Both the position numbers and the translations under genes were made by a program. A stretch of DNA of 64,000 nt from a virus, in IMG/VR virus record IMGVR_UViG_3300024518_005299, positions 67,681 to 131,680 of that record; one strand, 5' to 3'. Under the pieces are notes generated by a model that searched no databases, was not told the DNA's origin, and saw nothing but the letters and a program-made list of their open reading frames with translations. Positions 38,456 to 46,755 of this stretch are shown here, in pieces; the stretch's first letter is position 1, and each line of letters opens with the position of its first letter.

Positions 38456-38694
38456 TGAAACATTGAAACGACCCCCATCAGACTCTCGGTGAGCGTCTAA
38501 AGGCAGCTAAAGATAAAATTGTAGGAATTGCAGATAACATACGGGGCAGGGATGCGATACGTTTAAAAAACCTAACGAATATTCTGCGTGACATCGCCCG
38601 TGATCTAGAGATTAATGACATGTATATAAGTGAACTACTAGAGAATATACACGAACAGGGTCGTACTATCAATCAGATGAAAAATGCAAGATAG
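38448..38694 (+). pseudogene. frameshifted small ORF (GTG start, apparent extra A near 38465)
   Basis: MSSETL continues as NDPHQTLGERLKAAKDKIVG...MKNAR* if one A is removed; overlaps both neighbours as other genes here do. Confidence 0.4.
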
Positions 38695-39127
38695 ACCAAA
38701 TTGGGATCAGTATTTTATGGAGATAGCTAAGCTAGTTGCAACTAGATCTCAGTGTCTACGAGGAAAAACAGGAGCGGTGATCGTCAGCCGTGACCATAGG
38801 ATCATTAGCACTGGTTATAACAACCCTCCTGCTGGAGTGCCGTCGTGTGAGGAGGTGGGCGCGTGTCTTATTGTTGATCGTGAGGGTCATGGTCCGTCAT
38901 GTAGGCGCACTATCCATGCCGAGTTGAACGCCGTCATGCATCTAGGTGGTAGGCATAAAGAGGCTCACTTTCTTTATACTAAATTTGCCCCTTGCAACCC
39001 ATGTTTAGAGCAAATAGTTAAATTTGGCATCAAGGAGATCATTTATATAGTACCATATGATACAGTAGATGTCGAACGTGAGGAATTATTGAAGGCACAT
39101 GGGGCTGTGATGAGAGCATGCAGCTAG
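38684..39127 (+). CDS. dCMP deaminase (ComEB-like)
   Basis: WDQYFMEIA, STGYN, HAELNA, PCNPC. Confidence 0.9.
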   Translation: MQDRPNWDQYFMEIAKLVATRSQCLRGKTGAVIVSRDHRIISTGYNNPPAGVPSCEEVGACLIVDREGHGPSCRRTIHAELNAVMHLGGRHKEAHFLYTKFAPCNPCLEQIVKFGIKEIIYIVPYDTVDVEREELLKAHGAVMRACS

Positions 39128-39232
39128 ACAGCCGAGAAGCTCGCTGGGGGCGATTAGACGGGTTTGATCAGGGGGAATGGCCCTCGAAGCCAGGTTCGAT
39201 CTGGGGACGATCTGAGCCATCTGGGAGGGCGC
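39128..39232 (+). ncRNA. candidate structured RNA of unknown family
   Basis: GC-rich gap; stem 39154-39169/39209-39224 encloses two hairpins; extra 5' hairpin. Confidence 0.35.
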
Positions 39233-39676
39233 ATGACAACTGAAGACAAACCAGTTAAAATAGGCTCTATTGTGAAACGTCCGTGGGGATATTACAGCAT
39301 TGTAATCCACGTTAAAGATTACTCGATTAAACTGCTTTATATTAACCCTGGTGAAGAGACCTCGCTTCAACGTCACTCTAAACGTCACGAGATGGTAATG
39401 CTACTAGATGGCACCGTAATAGTCACCCATAAAGAACATACATTCTCTAAAGATAGGTCACAGAGGGCATCTAGCTACCGAATATTAGCGGGGGACTGGC
39501 ACCGATTTGGGGCGCCGGCTGATCAGGAGGGGTGCACCGTGTTATTAGAGGTGGCTTACGGCGAGCTTGACTTTGAAGACTTTCAGCGCAAAGAAGATAA
39601 ATATAATCGAGAGCGCACAAAAGGCCCAGGTTTTATAGATAGAGCCATAGACAACGCTGCCTGGCGGAAGCTTTAA
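39233..39676 (+). CDS. cupin, mannose-6-phosphate isomerase type II C-terminal-like
   Basis: RPWGYY, INPGEETSLQRHSKRHE, WHRF, LLEVAYG; ggagg RBS. Confidence 0.8.
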   Translation: MTTEDKPVKIGSIVKRPWGYYSIVIHVKDYSIKLLYINPGEETSLQRHSKRHEMVMLLDGTVIVTHKEHTFSKDRSQRASSYRILAGDWHRFGAPADQEGCTVLLEVAYGELDFEDFQRKEDKYNRERTKGPGFIDRAIDNAAWRKL

Positions 39677-39682
39677 GTCGCG

Positions 39683-39696
39683 CTAGTGTATTTATT
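39683..39696 (+). promoter_or_regulatory. Motif A variant (ctagtgtatttatt)
   Basis: TAGTGTA core in the intergenic gap. Confidence 0.35.
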
Positions 39697-39735
39697 CTCT
39701 AGTTGCTCCTGGAATATCAGCACGATTCTTTTTAT

Positions 39736-39749
39736 TTGACACATAATAG
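39736..39749 (+). promoter_or_regulatory. Motif B (ttgacacataatag)
   Basis: 13-mer identical to the minus-strand copy at 63042-63054; ATG 39754 follows. Confidence 0.5.
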
Positions 39750-39753
39750 ATAT

Positions 39754-40086
39754 ATGAACTCATTACCACCAGACCTAATTCAAAAAATATGGTACGCCAT
39801 CAGCCTTGGCACTAATCCACACGGCGATCCCGCCAAAGAGATCTTCGAGGCTTTCGTGACTATATTTATCGAGGAAAACGATCATTTTAGAGAGCAAATC
39901 TTAGAGCTAGGGTGCCAATTTAAAGAGGCAGCAGAGCGTGACGATGGGGACTATGGTGATATTCGTGCAGCTGCAGGGTGTGAATTCCTTTGTGAACATA
40001 TTGTGACTGAGGTGATTCCACATTACACCTACGAGCCAGAGGATGAAGACCCTAATGACGACATTTATCTTCTAGAGGATGACTAG
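39754..40086 (+). CDS. hypothetical protein
   Basis: Start moved to ATG 39754; acidic C-terminus. Confidence 0.6.
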   Translation: MNSLPPDLIQKIWYAISLGTNPHGDPAKEIFEAFVTIFIEENDHFREQILELGCQFKEAAERDDGDYGDIRAAAGCEFLCEHIVTEVIPHYTYEPEDEDPNDDIYLLEDD

Positions 40087-40422
40087 ATGTCGGATCGTAA
40101 ATTAGAGTTATCTTATAAGATACAAGAACGAATCTTAATAGAGACTCGACAAGAGCTACAAGATGCGTTGGCAAATTTATTGGCTAGTCAAAATGAGGTT
40201 GATGTCTTAAATGAAAAAGTTATTGCATTAACTGAATATAAAAAGAAAACTGTAGACTCTTTCTTAAAAGAAGCAAGGAGCATCATTGATAATCAAAAGA
40301 TGACCATTGCTGCACAAGCAGAAAAAATCAAAATGCTACAGACTAGGGTACAAAACGTAAGTAGAGAATATAACGAAGCCTATTCCAGAAGATCACCTAT
40401 TACATGGTCCGAAGATAAATGA
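40087..40422 (+). CDS. coiled-coil hypothetical protein
   Basis: Heptad pattern. Confidence 0.6.
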   Translation: MSDRKLELSYKIQERILIETRQELQDALANLLASQNEVDVLNEKVIALTEYKKKTVDSFLKEARSIIDNQKMTIAAQAEKIKMLQTRVQNVSREYNEAYSRRSPITWSEDK

Positions 40423-42230
40423 CAATTGAAGTTAAAATTATAGAAGATTCTATTAGTCCAACTAGAGCACGCCTGACAACCTTTCAATTGAGGTATCCTA
40501 GGTTTATACATTGTTTTGATGAACAAACTGAATTTTTATCTCAAATTAATGACGAGATTCCTCGGTTTAGATCATTTACTGCGATTAAACAGCTTCAATG
40601 TAAGATTGCCCAATATGAAGAGAGTGGAACAATATCATTTGTTTATCCAATGCGCGCTATTGAATCAACATATAGCGGTGATATGATAACTTTTGATAAG
40701 AAAAAATTCTCAATGAGCACTACAGATGAACATCGTATATTTACCTTACGTCGTACTACAAACAACGTGTATTTACCAAATGTTGATTTGGCTAAGAATT
40801 TTGTTGAATCTTATATTGCTCATCGCCGTATTCCTCAAGCTGGGAGTTTATGCCAGACAGCTAGACAATACGATAATCCAGACGAAGCACAACTTATTGC
40901 ATTTTATGTAGCAGATGGGCATCGACCCAAAGCGGGTGCGCAGGTACAATTTCATTTTCGTAAACAACGTAAGATTAATAGGGTGTGTTTACTTTTGAAT
41001 ACCTTAGGAATTAATTATACTAAAGCTAACTATGGCAAAGATACCGTGATTAGATTTGATACTCCAGAATGGGTATCTGATTGTTATGATAATAATGGAA
41101 TCAAACAATATCCAGATAGACTATATGGTATGACGTCTCGTGCCTTTGATGCATTTAAATTAGGCACTTTAGAATCTGATGGTTGTGAGGCTAATTCTGA
41201 AATAAATACAACATCTGTAGTTGCCGCCGAACAAATTCAAACACTGGCGTTATTGAATGGTATAGCGATGAACATCAGATCTTATCGTCAAAATGGTTAT
41301 ATCTCGTTGTATAAACAAACATATCAACAATACCCATACATTAGTCTACGTCCAGATAAAGATAAATTTCAAATATCCTCAGTAACTGATCAGGCGGTGT
41401 ATTGTTTTACGGTACCATCCAATTATTTAGTAGTCAGACGTAATGGCGTTGCTTATATTTCGGGTAATTGTGAGGTAATGACGCACAGAACTTGGAGCAG
41501 GAACGCTTCATCTAGTCGCGCCATCCCCGCTAAGAAGCTTTTCGATATTATTGAGAAGGAGCCAGCACTACCTATCCATTGGGGTAAGAATCAAAAAGGA
41601 ATGCAGGCTAATGAAGAAATGGACGCCTTCCAGGCTCGTGCCTGCGAGGAGCTATGGTTAGAGGCAAGAGATAATGCGTTAGCAATAGCGCGCTCTTTAG
41701 AAAGTATGGGGCTGCATAAACAAGTTGTTAACCGTATGATGGAACCCTGGGCGCATATTTCTGTAGTTTGCACAGCTACTGAATTTGACAATTTCTTTTT
41801 TTTACGCTGCCATCCAGCTGCTCAACCCGAGATGAGGGAATTAGCGGAGCAAATGGCGGATCTATATTTTAGTAATACACCACGTCGCCTTAATATAGGG
41901 CAGTGGCACCTACCATATATAAAAGATGAAGAAAGATTTGCGCCTGGTAATTATAATAAACGTGGTGGGTTAAAAAATGAAGGTAGGTTAATCAAAGCAT
42001 CTACTGCTCGATGTGCACGAGTATCTTACTTGACACACGATAAGAAAGAACCAGATATAGATGTAGATGTTGCATTGCACGATCGCTTGTTGAGTGATAA
42101 ACATATGTCTGCCTTCGAACATTGCGCCACCCCTAATGTTGATCCGTCTGTCCATAGTGGAAATTTTAAAGGCTGGATCCAGTACAGAAAAATGCTCAAG
42201 AATGAGCAATGCACCAATTATGAGCGATAA
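40419..42230 (+). CDS. thyX: flavin-dependent thymidylate synthase, intein-containing
   Basis: Spliced RYPRFIH-CEVMTHRTWSRNASSSRAIP; NRMMEPW, AQPEM, SAFEH. Confidence 0.9.
   Translation: MTIEVKIIEDSISPTRARLTTFQLRYPRFIHCFDEQTEFLSQINDEIPRFRSFTAIKQLQCKIAQYEESGTISFVYPMRAIESTYSGDMITFDKKKFSMSTTDEHRIFTLRRTTNNVYLPNVDLAKNFVESYIAHRRIPQAGSLCQTARQYDNPDEAQLIAFYVADGHRPKAGAQVQFHFRKQRKINRVCLLLNTLGINYTKANYGKDTVIRFDTPEWVSDCYDNNGIKQYPDRLYGMTSRAFDAFKLGTLESDGCEANSEINTTSVVAAEQIQTLALLNGIAMNIRSYRQNGYISLYKQTYQQYPYISLRPDKDKFQISSVTDQAVYCFTVPSNYLVVRRNGVAYISGNCEVMTHRTWSRNASSSRAIPAKKLFDIIEKEPALPIHWGKNQKGMQANEEMDAFQARACEELWLEARDNALAIARSLESMGLHKQVVNRMMEPWAHISVVCTATEFDNFFFLRCHPAAQPEMRELAEQMADLYFSNTPRRLNIGQWHLPYIKDEERFAPGNYNKRGGLKNEGRLIKASTARCARVSYLTHDKKEPDIDVDVALHDRLLSDKHMSAFEHCATPNVDPSVHSGNFKGWIQYRKMLKNEQCTNYER
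40512..41468 (+). mobile_element. Intein (319 aa) with LAGLIDADG-like endonuclease in thyX
   Basis: Starts CFDEQTEFL; TTDEHRI; LIAFYVADG; VYCFTVP; ends ISGN before Cys+1. Confidence 0.88.
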
Positions 42231-42435
42231 AATTGAAGTTGAACGGTTAGATCATATCAAGTTTGAGTACGACGAAGTTGTGTATACTGGTCAAGTCATA
42301 TGTGATAATTTTTATCTACCTACGCCTGATCGTGATTACACCCTGCATTATGTAGTAACACCAGATGGAGAGGAGCTACTAGTAGAAAGTGATAGCATCA
42401 TGCAGAACTTGACTCAAGAGCAAGAAATTGAATGA
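42220..42435 (+). CDS. hypothetical protein
   Basis: Start moved to ATG 42220. Confidence 0.55.
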   Translation: MSDKIEVERLDHIKFEYDEVVYTGQVICDNFYLPTPDRDYTLHYVVTPDGEELLVESDSIMQNLTQEQEIE

Positions 42436-42677
42436 GTGATGATTTGATAAGAAACATGCGGTTTATCCTCACCGCAGGGCACGAAGAGCATGTGCTTGCG
42501 ATACTCACACAAGAAGGCGAGTTTGATGCGCATGGATTGGTAGGACGTCCACCATCCACAGTCGATCATGATGGCGAAGAATATAATTTTAAGCGTCAAA
42601 TGATGGAGGGCGTCTACGTATATACTCAGTCAGACAGGAAAAAGATTAATGATTTCTTGGGCAATAAATCTCATTAA
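42432..42677 (+). CDS. hypothetical protein
   Basis: Coupled ORF. Confidence 0.55.
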   Translation: MSDDLIRNMRFILTAGHEEHVLAILTQEGEFDAHGLVGRPPSTVDHDGEEYNFKRQMMEGVYVYTQSDRKKINDFLGNKSH

Positions 42678-43032
42678 GAGTAAGAAGAAAAAACATGATG
42701 AGATTGTAGGGCGGTATCGTTTGACCGCTTCGGTGATAGGTAGTGTTTTAGCCATGCCTTTTAATAAGGAAAACACTACTATCGGTCTTGAAGGACTGCC
42801 GTTTCAGGTTGACGACCCCGAACTTTATCATCTTTTGAATGAATGTGAAGTAGCCTACGCTGAATTAGGTTATCGCATCATACCACTGCAGGATTGGATA
42901 GACTATGGGGGTTGGAAAGTATCAATGAAGTATTTATGGCTGGTAAAACGTAAGCAAAAAGAGCGTCCCGTATTTACAAAATTTGCTGACGTGCCAGAAT
43001 TACCACAACGACATCCAGACGCAGGTGACTAA
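42649..43032 (+). CDS. hypothetical protein
   Basis: Coupled ORF. Confidence 0.55.
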   Translation: MISWAINLIKSKKKKHDEIVGRYRLTASVIGSVLAMPFNKENTTIGLEGLPFQVDDPELYHLLNECEVAYAELGYRIIPLQDWIDYGGWKVSMKYLWLVKRKQKERPVFTKFADVPELPQRHPDAGD

Positions 43033-43406
43033 TGGAAGACTTACGAGAGGTTGGTAAAAAAGTTATAAAATCGGTACGCGACCTCGGAGCGTCTACCGCA
43101 GGCGATTTAGCACTCGGCATTGGCAGGATCATTAATGAATTGTATAAGCATCCCGGGCAAGATAAAGAAAAGCTAGATTATCTAGATGGACTATTTAGAG
43201 AGTTTGCTTTTGGGGAAGAGTATGAACTTCGTCTTCGTGTGCTCACCCCAGCACCTACACAGGGAATGATGATAAATACTAACAAATACGTATTAGCCTC
43301 TGGTGCTAACAATACGCAAGTGTCTGCTGGTGTCGCTCAGCAAACATTATCAATTGGTCAGGTAATGTATCAGAATAAAGATGGGACATGGACAACTAGC
43401 ATATGA
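43032..43406 (+). CDS. hypothetical protein
   Basis: TAATG coupling. Confidence 0.55.
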   Translation: MEDLREVGKKVIKSVRDLGASTAGDLALGIGRIINELYKHPGQDKEKLDYLDGLFREFAFGEEYELRLRVLTPAPTQGMMINTNKYVLASGANNTQVSAGVAQQTLSIGQVMYQNKDGTWTTSI

Positions 43407-43423
43407 CAAATTCAAGAAAGGGG

Positions 43424-43756
43424 ATGGCGATAGATGTGACCTCTATGGCAATTAAAGAATTGAAGCGGATTTATTGGCTAGTTACAGAGACGAGCCTTCT
43501 TCGTATTCGTGTTGCCATGAAAGGCGGAGGATGTTCTGGCCAGACAATTCATATGGATTTTACAGACCAAGACCCAGACGAGTTTGATCTTGTATATGTT
43601 CAAGACGCGATAGAGTTTATAGTAGATAAGAAGAGCGCTTTGTTTGTCCATGGCGCAACGCTAGATTTTGGTGGTGGATTACTTGACCGAGGCTTCAAAT
43701 GGAGCCTCCCAACAAGCACAGGTGGATGCGGATGTGGCACAAGTTTTTCATTCTAA
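43424..43756 (+). CDS. iscA: A-type Fe-S cluster carrier (IscA/SufA/HesB family)
   Basis: LRIRVAMKGGGCSG, GATLDF, GFKW, GCGCGTSF. Confidence 0.9.
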   Translation: MAIDVTSMAIKELKRIYWLVTETSLLRIRVAMKGGGCSGQTIHMDFTDQDPDEFDLVYVQDAIEFIVDKKSALFVHGATLDFGGGLLDRGFKWSLPTSTGGCGCGTSFSF

Positions 43757-44079
43757 AGAGTCGCGCTAGGCTCATTTCAGTTCTAGTTGTTCAGCAACTA
43801 CTAGATCTATTTACCACTTGGTGGCTAGTATTCCATGCCAAGGTAGGTGTAGAGATTAACCCATTGCTTCAAGTAATTAATGGAGAGAATGGACTAACCT
43901 GGCTAGTTGGAACTAAAGTAGGCGCAGCTGCTCTCGGCGCATCAGTATGCTGGCTCAGTCTTTCTCCTCAGAATATCAAGAATTATTTCTGGTACCTGTG
44001 GAATGGACTTGCGTATTACTATACACTTATTCTACTGTGGAGCACTTCTCTAGTTGTATACGCTTCCACCATGCTCTAG
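43699..44079 (+). CDS. DUF5658-like membrane protein (start uncertain)
   Basis: LLDLFTT, EINPLL, KV; 3 hydrophobic segments. Confidence 0.6.
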   Translation: MEPPNKHRWMRMWHKFFILKSRARLISVLVVQQLLDLFTTWWLVFHAKVGVEINPLLQVINGENGLTWLVGTKVGAAALGASVCWLSLSPQNIKNYFWYLWNGLAYYYTLILLWSTSLVVYASTML

Positions 44080-44317
44080 CCGTTCCTATTAGTAGCAAAA
44101 GAGCAACTAGAACAACAATTATACCCAACCCCACCACGGACACAATTAAAAACGCCACAGCGTCCGTATTAAAAACCGACTCTACCACCTGAGGTGTCAC
44201 TTCTTTGATGATTTGCTCTGTGCGCTCTCCAGCGCGATCGATCACTCGGCTGACCGCCCCGCAACTACTCAACCCCAAGGTCGCGCACAAGGCCAGTCCC
44301 ATCTGTTGCGTCTCCAT
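44027..44317 (-). CDS. membrane protein with possible lipobox
   Basis: LGLSSC and a long C-terminal hydrophobic helix. Confidence 0.5.
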   Translation of the reverse strand: METQQMGLALCATLGLSSCGAVSRVIDRAGERTEQIIKEVTPQVVESVFNTDAVAFLIVSVVGLGIIVVLVALLLLIGTARAWWKRIQLEKCSTVE

Positions 44318-44462
44318 CCTGCCCCTCGCTTTCTTCTAGTAGCTCTGACAATTTATCAATACAGTTTTGAAGTCGTTTGCTAGATTTTCCATTCATTTTT
44401 TTGACCTGATCATCCAAACGAGGAATTTCTAATTGTTCATATTGTGGCTTGGGATATTTCAT
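44265..44462 (-). CDS. hypothetical protein
   Basis: gagg RBS, coupled ORF. Confidence 0.5.
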   Translation of the reverse strand: MKYPKPQYEQLEIPRLDDQVKKMNGKSSKRLQNCIDKLSELLEESEGQDGDATDGTGLVRDLGVE

Positions 44463-44728
44463 AACCTTCCTCTTAATTGTCTAAGTTCCTCAACAAGTTT
44501 TTCTAGAGCCTTACTCATAGCTTCGTCTGTATGATTTTTATCCGTCAATGCTGTTGTGACCTCTGCAACCATTTCGCTATGGGTAATATAAAGTTGTTGG
44601 CGTTCTTTATTCATCGCGTCAATCATTTCATAACTTTTCTTGTCCTTTTTCACCATTAGCCGCCAAGTTAGGATTAACATAGCACCAACGGCGCCGGTTT
44701 GAATAATAGGTAATATGACATCAAACAT
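44459..44728 (-). CDS. single-TM coiled-coil protein (BhlA-like holin candidate)
   Basis: MFDVILPIIQTGAVGAMLILTW plus coiled coil. Confidence 0.45.
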   Translation of the reverse strand: MFDVILPIIQTGAVGAMLILTWRLMVKKDKKSYEMIDAMNKERQQLYITHSEMVAEVTTALTDKNHTDEAMSKALEKLVEELRQLRGRL

Positions 44729-44730
44729 TA

Positions 44731-45777
44731 TTATATCTCTTCTAACTCTACCGTCACTGATACTTTGATAACAGCGCCAGCAGGACCATCTATAGTAAGC
44801 CAAAAGTCATCACAAGCATCAAATGTGACCGTGTCATCCCATTCACCTTCTGTGCAAGACGTAAGAGTTTGTTCTGGTTCTCCTAGAGGATGTTGATAAG
44901 CTCCGATATCCCAAGTACCAGTTCTAGTAATGCCAAGAATATCGTCTGTAAAATCACCACTAAGATCTGTACCATTATCAATAGCGTTGGATCCTGTTTT
45001 TAATGTATAGTCTTCGTTATCTGCATCCGTAAACGTATTTGCTGTCGTTTCGTCTATTTGGGGTGAACTGCCTAGGGCAGTAGCGTCGCTTGTGAGATTA
45101 TGAGACTTGGTTCCCACACCACTCCCAGTGTCGTCCATGTCGTTGAAGGTACTATCAACGGAAGCGCAATTTCGGATGTTATTGTCGCCTGTGTCAGTGA
45201 GCCAGATCCCGGTATCTTCCCAGTCGCGGACAGTACAATTGTAAATATCTGAACTGCCACCAGCAGTAATTCCTATCCCAAAACTGGCTGTTGATGCTGT
45301 TCCGTCGCAGATGCAGTTCCAAATAATGATAAGCTCACCGGCAGCGTCGCTCCAGATCGCTCCGCTGCCTTCTGTTGCGCGAATAAACATTCGCTGCACT
45401 AGTGAATTATCAGATCCCGCTGTAACATAAATAGGACCCGCTCCGACAGCACTAATGATTAAAAAATCTTGAAATCTGAAAAACCCCTCAGAGAATACGA
45501 ATCCATCAGTAGCAATGTCGGACGTCATAGTAAGTGTTCGACCGGTCGCCGCGACAGGATCATATTCATTGCCAGCATCTGGTCGAAGAACCCGGTAGTT
45601 GGAGGCGTCAGTAGTTGCGCCCGAGAGAGTTTGGGTTGCTGTTATTGTTAAATTATCTACTAGGTGTCCTTCTTCAATATCTCCAGCAGTAACTAGATCG
45701 TTGTCAGTAGCTGCTTCCCAAAGAGCTACCGTGGCGTAATCTTGACCGGCGCCAATCGTTGATACGTTAGTTGCCAT
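44731..45777 (-). CDS. virion/tail protein with beta-helix and choice-of-anchor-Q-like tail
   Basis: IYNCTV, IRNC repeats; DYTLKTGSNAIDNG, DILG..R..WDIGAYQ. Confidence 0.6.
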   Translation of the reverse strand: MATNVSTIGAGQDYATVALWEAATDNDLVTAGDIEEGHLVDNLTITATQTLSGATTDASNYRVLRPDAGNEYDPVAATGRTLTMTSDIATDGFVFSEGFFRFQDFLIISAVGAGPIYVTAGSDNSLVQRMFIRATEGSGAIWSDAAGELIIIWNCICDGTASTASFGIGITAGGSSDIYNCTVRDWEDTGIWLTDTGDNNIRNCASVDSTFNDMDDTGSGVGTKSHNLTSDATALGSSPQIDETTANTFTDADNEDYTLKTGSNAIDNGTDLSGDFTDDILGITRTGTWDIGAYQHPLGEPEQTLTSCTEGEWDDTVTFDACDDFWLTIDGPAGAVIKVSVTVELEEI

Positions 45778-46258
45778 TATTTATCCCCCTTCTCCGACCT
45801 TGACCCCTAGGCTGCATGCCAGATGCTGGATTACGTACAAAAACCTGCCTTTCAAAAATTGTTTTAGATACTCGTGGACTTTCTCTCAGTCCGGTTCGTG
45901 GATTAACTGGATAAGTAGGATGTCGGTCAAACCTTCTTTGGTCCTGAGGACCCATTGGGTCTCTTAGTCCAGATATGCTAGTTGTATAGAGACGTTTTTC
46001 TACTATTCGGTTTAATAGGATGCCAGAGCTAGGGCCAGGAACGGTTTCTGTAACAGGCTCTTTTAAGTATTCCATAACTGATGCACGTACCCCAGGTAGC
46101 TCTATAATATAATAAGCTAATTCGCCTATTGTCCCACCAGACACACCATCTTCTAAGACTTCTATACAATCACCTCTTTGTTTTAATAGTAATTGCCCAG
46201 ATGGTGATGCTGTTTCAAATTGATGATTGTTAAAAACTGATAAAAATACTCTACACAT
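45767..46258 (-). CDS. putative structural protein
   Basis: Coupled within the structural block. Confidence 0.5.
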   Translation of the reverse strand: MCRVFLSVFNNHQFETASPSGQLLLKQRGDCIEVLEDGVSGGTIGELAYYIIELPGVRASVMEYLKEPVTETVPGPSSGILLNRIVEKRLYTTSISGLRDPMGPQDQRRFDRHPTYPVNPRTGLRESPRVSKTIFERQVFVRNPASGMQPRGQGRRRGINNGN

Positions 46259-46755
46259 TATTGATTACCACTTGTTATAACATCAAAAGTTGTAGCCTGA
46301 ACTCCGTTTTTATATAATCTTAAGGTCCAAACTCCCGACAAGGATGAAGAACTGGTGTGTTGAAATTTCACAGCCACTTTTGCTGTAGTATACGCCCTGG
46401 GGGCAGGAATGCCCACACCGCTAGGATTACTATTCATTAATGTAATACCGCTTACTGTACCAAAATCTTCACCATAAAAATTCATTGCAAAACGTGATGT
46501 AGATGCGGTTGCTTCACCCTGCAATAATATCCCACTATTGTTAACCGTAGGTCTATCTAAGAAGTTGCCACTTCCTGCAAATAAAGTATTCCATCGCCGT
46601 GCCGCATCGCCCAAACCTTGTATAAGATCAAGTGATGGACGTAATCCTACACCTGATACTATCACTTCATTGCTAGGTGCGAATATAAGATCTCCTTGTG
46701 GAGCTATTAATTGGCCACTAGGTGAGAAAAAATCAATTGGGCTATTAAATTCCAT
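46258..46755 (-). CDS. putative tail-fibre/structural protein
   Basis: Shares LRP...LG...RW.TL..SGNFLDRP.VN.SG.LLQGEA module with the next gene. Confidence 0.6.
   Translation of the reverse strand: MEFNSPIDFFSPSGQLIAPQGDLIFAPSNEVIVSGVGLRPSLDLIQGLGDAARRWNTLFAGSGNFLDRPTVNNSGILLQGEATASTSRFAMNFYGEDFGTVSGITLMNSNPSGVGIPAPRAYTTAKVAVKFQHTSSSSLSGVWTLRLYKNGVQATTFDVITSGNQ

Noticed and set aside
39146-39212. tRNA or tmRNA call for the structured gap (GGGGGCG start, GTTCGAT loop)
   Set aside because: No complementary acceptor stem or CCA, and the T-arm is shorter than canonical; kept only as an unknown structured element.
2319-43700. Many minus-strand or out-of-frame ORFs in the plus block (e.g. 2806-3102, 11446-11763, 22542-22964, 29494-29904, 37732-38043, 38478-38672, 39086-39388)
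   Set aside because: Shadow ORFs overlapping motif-supported genes; no RBS or recognisable motifs.
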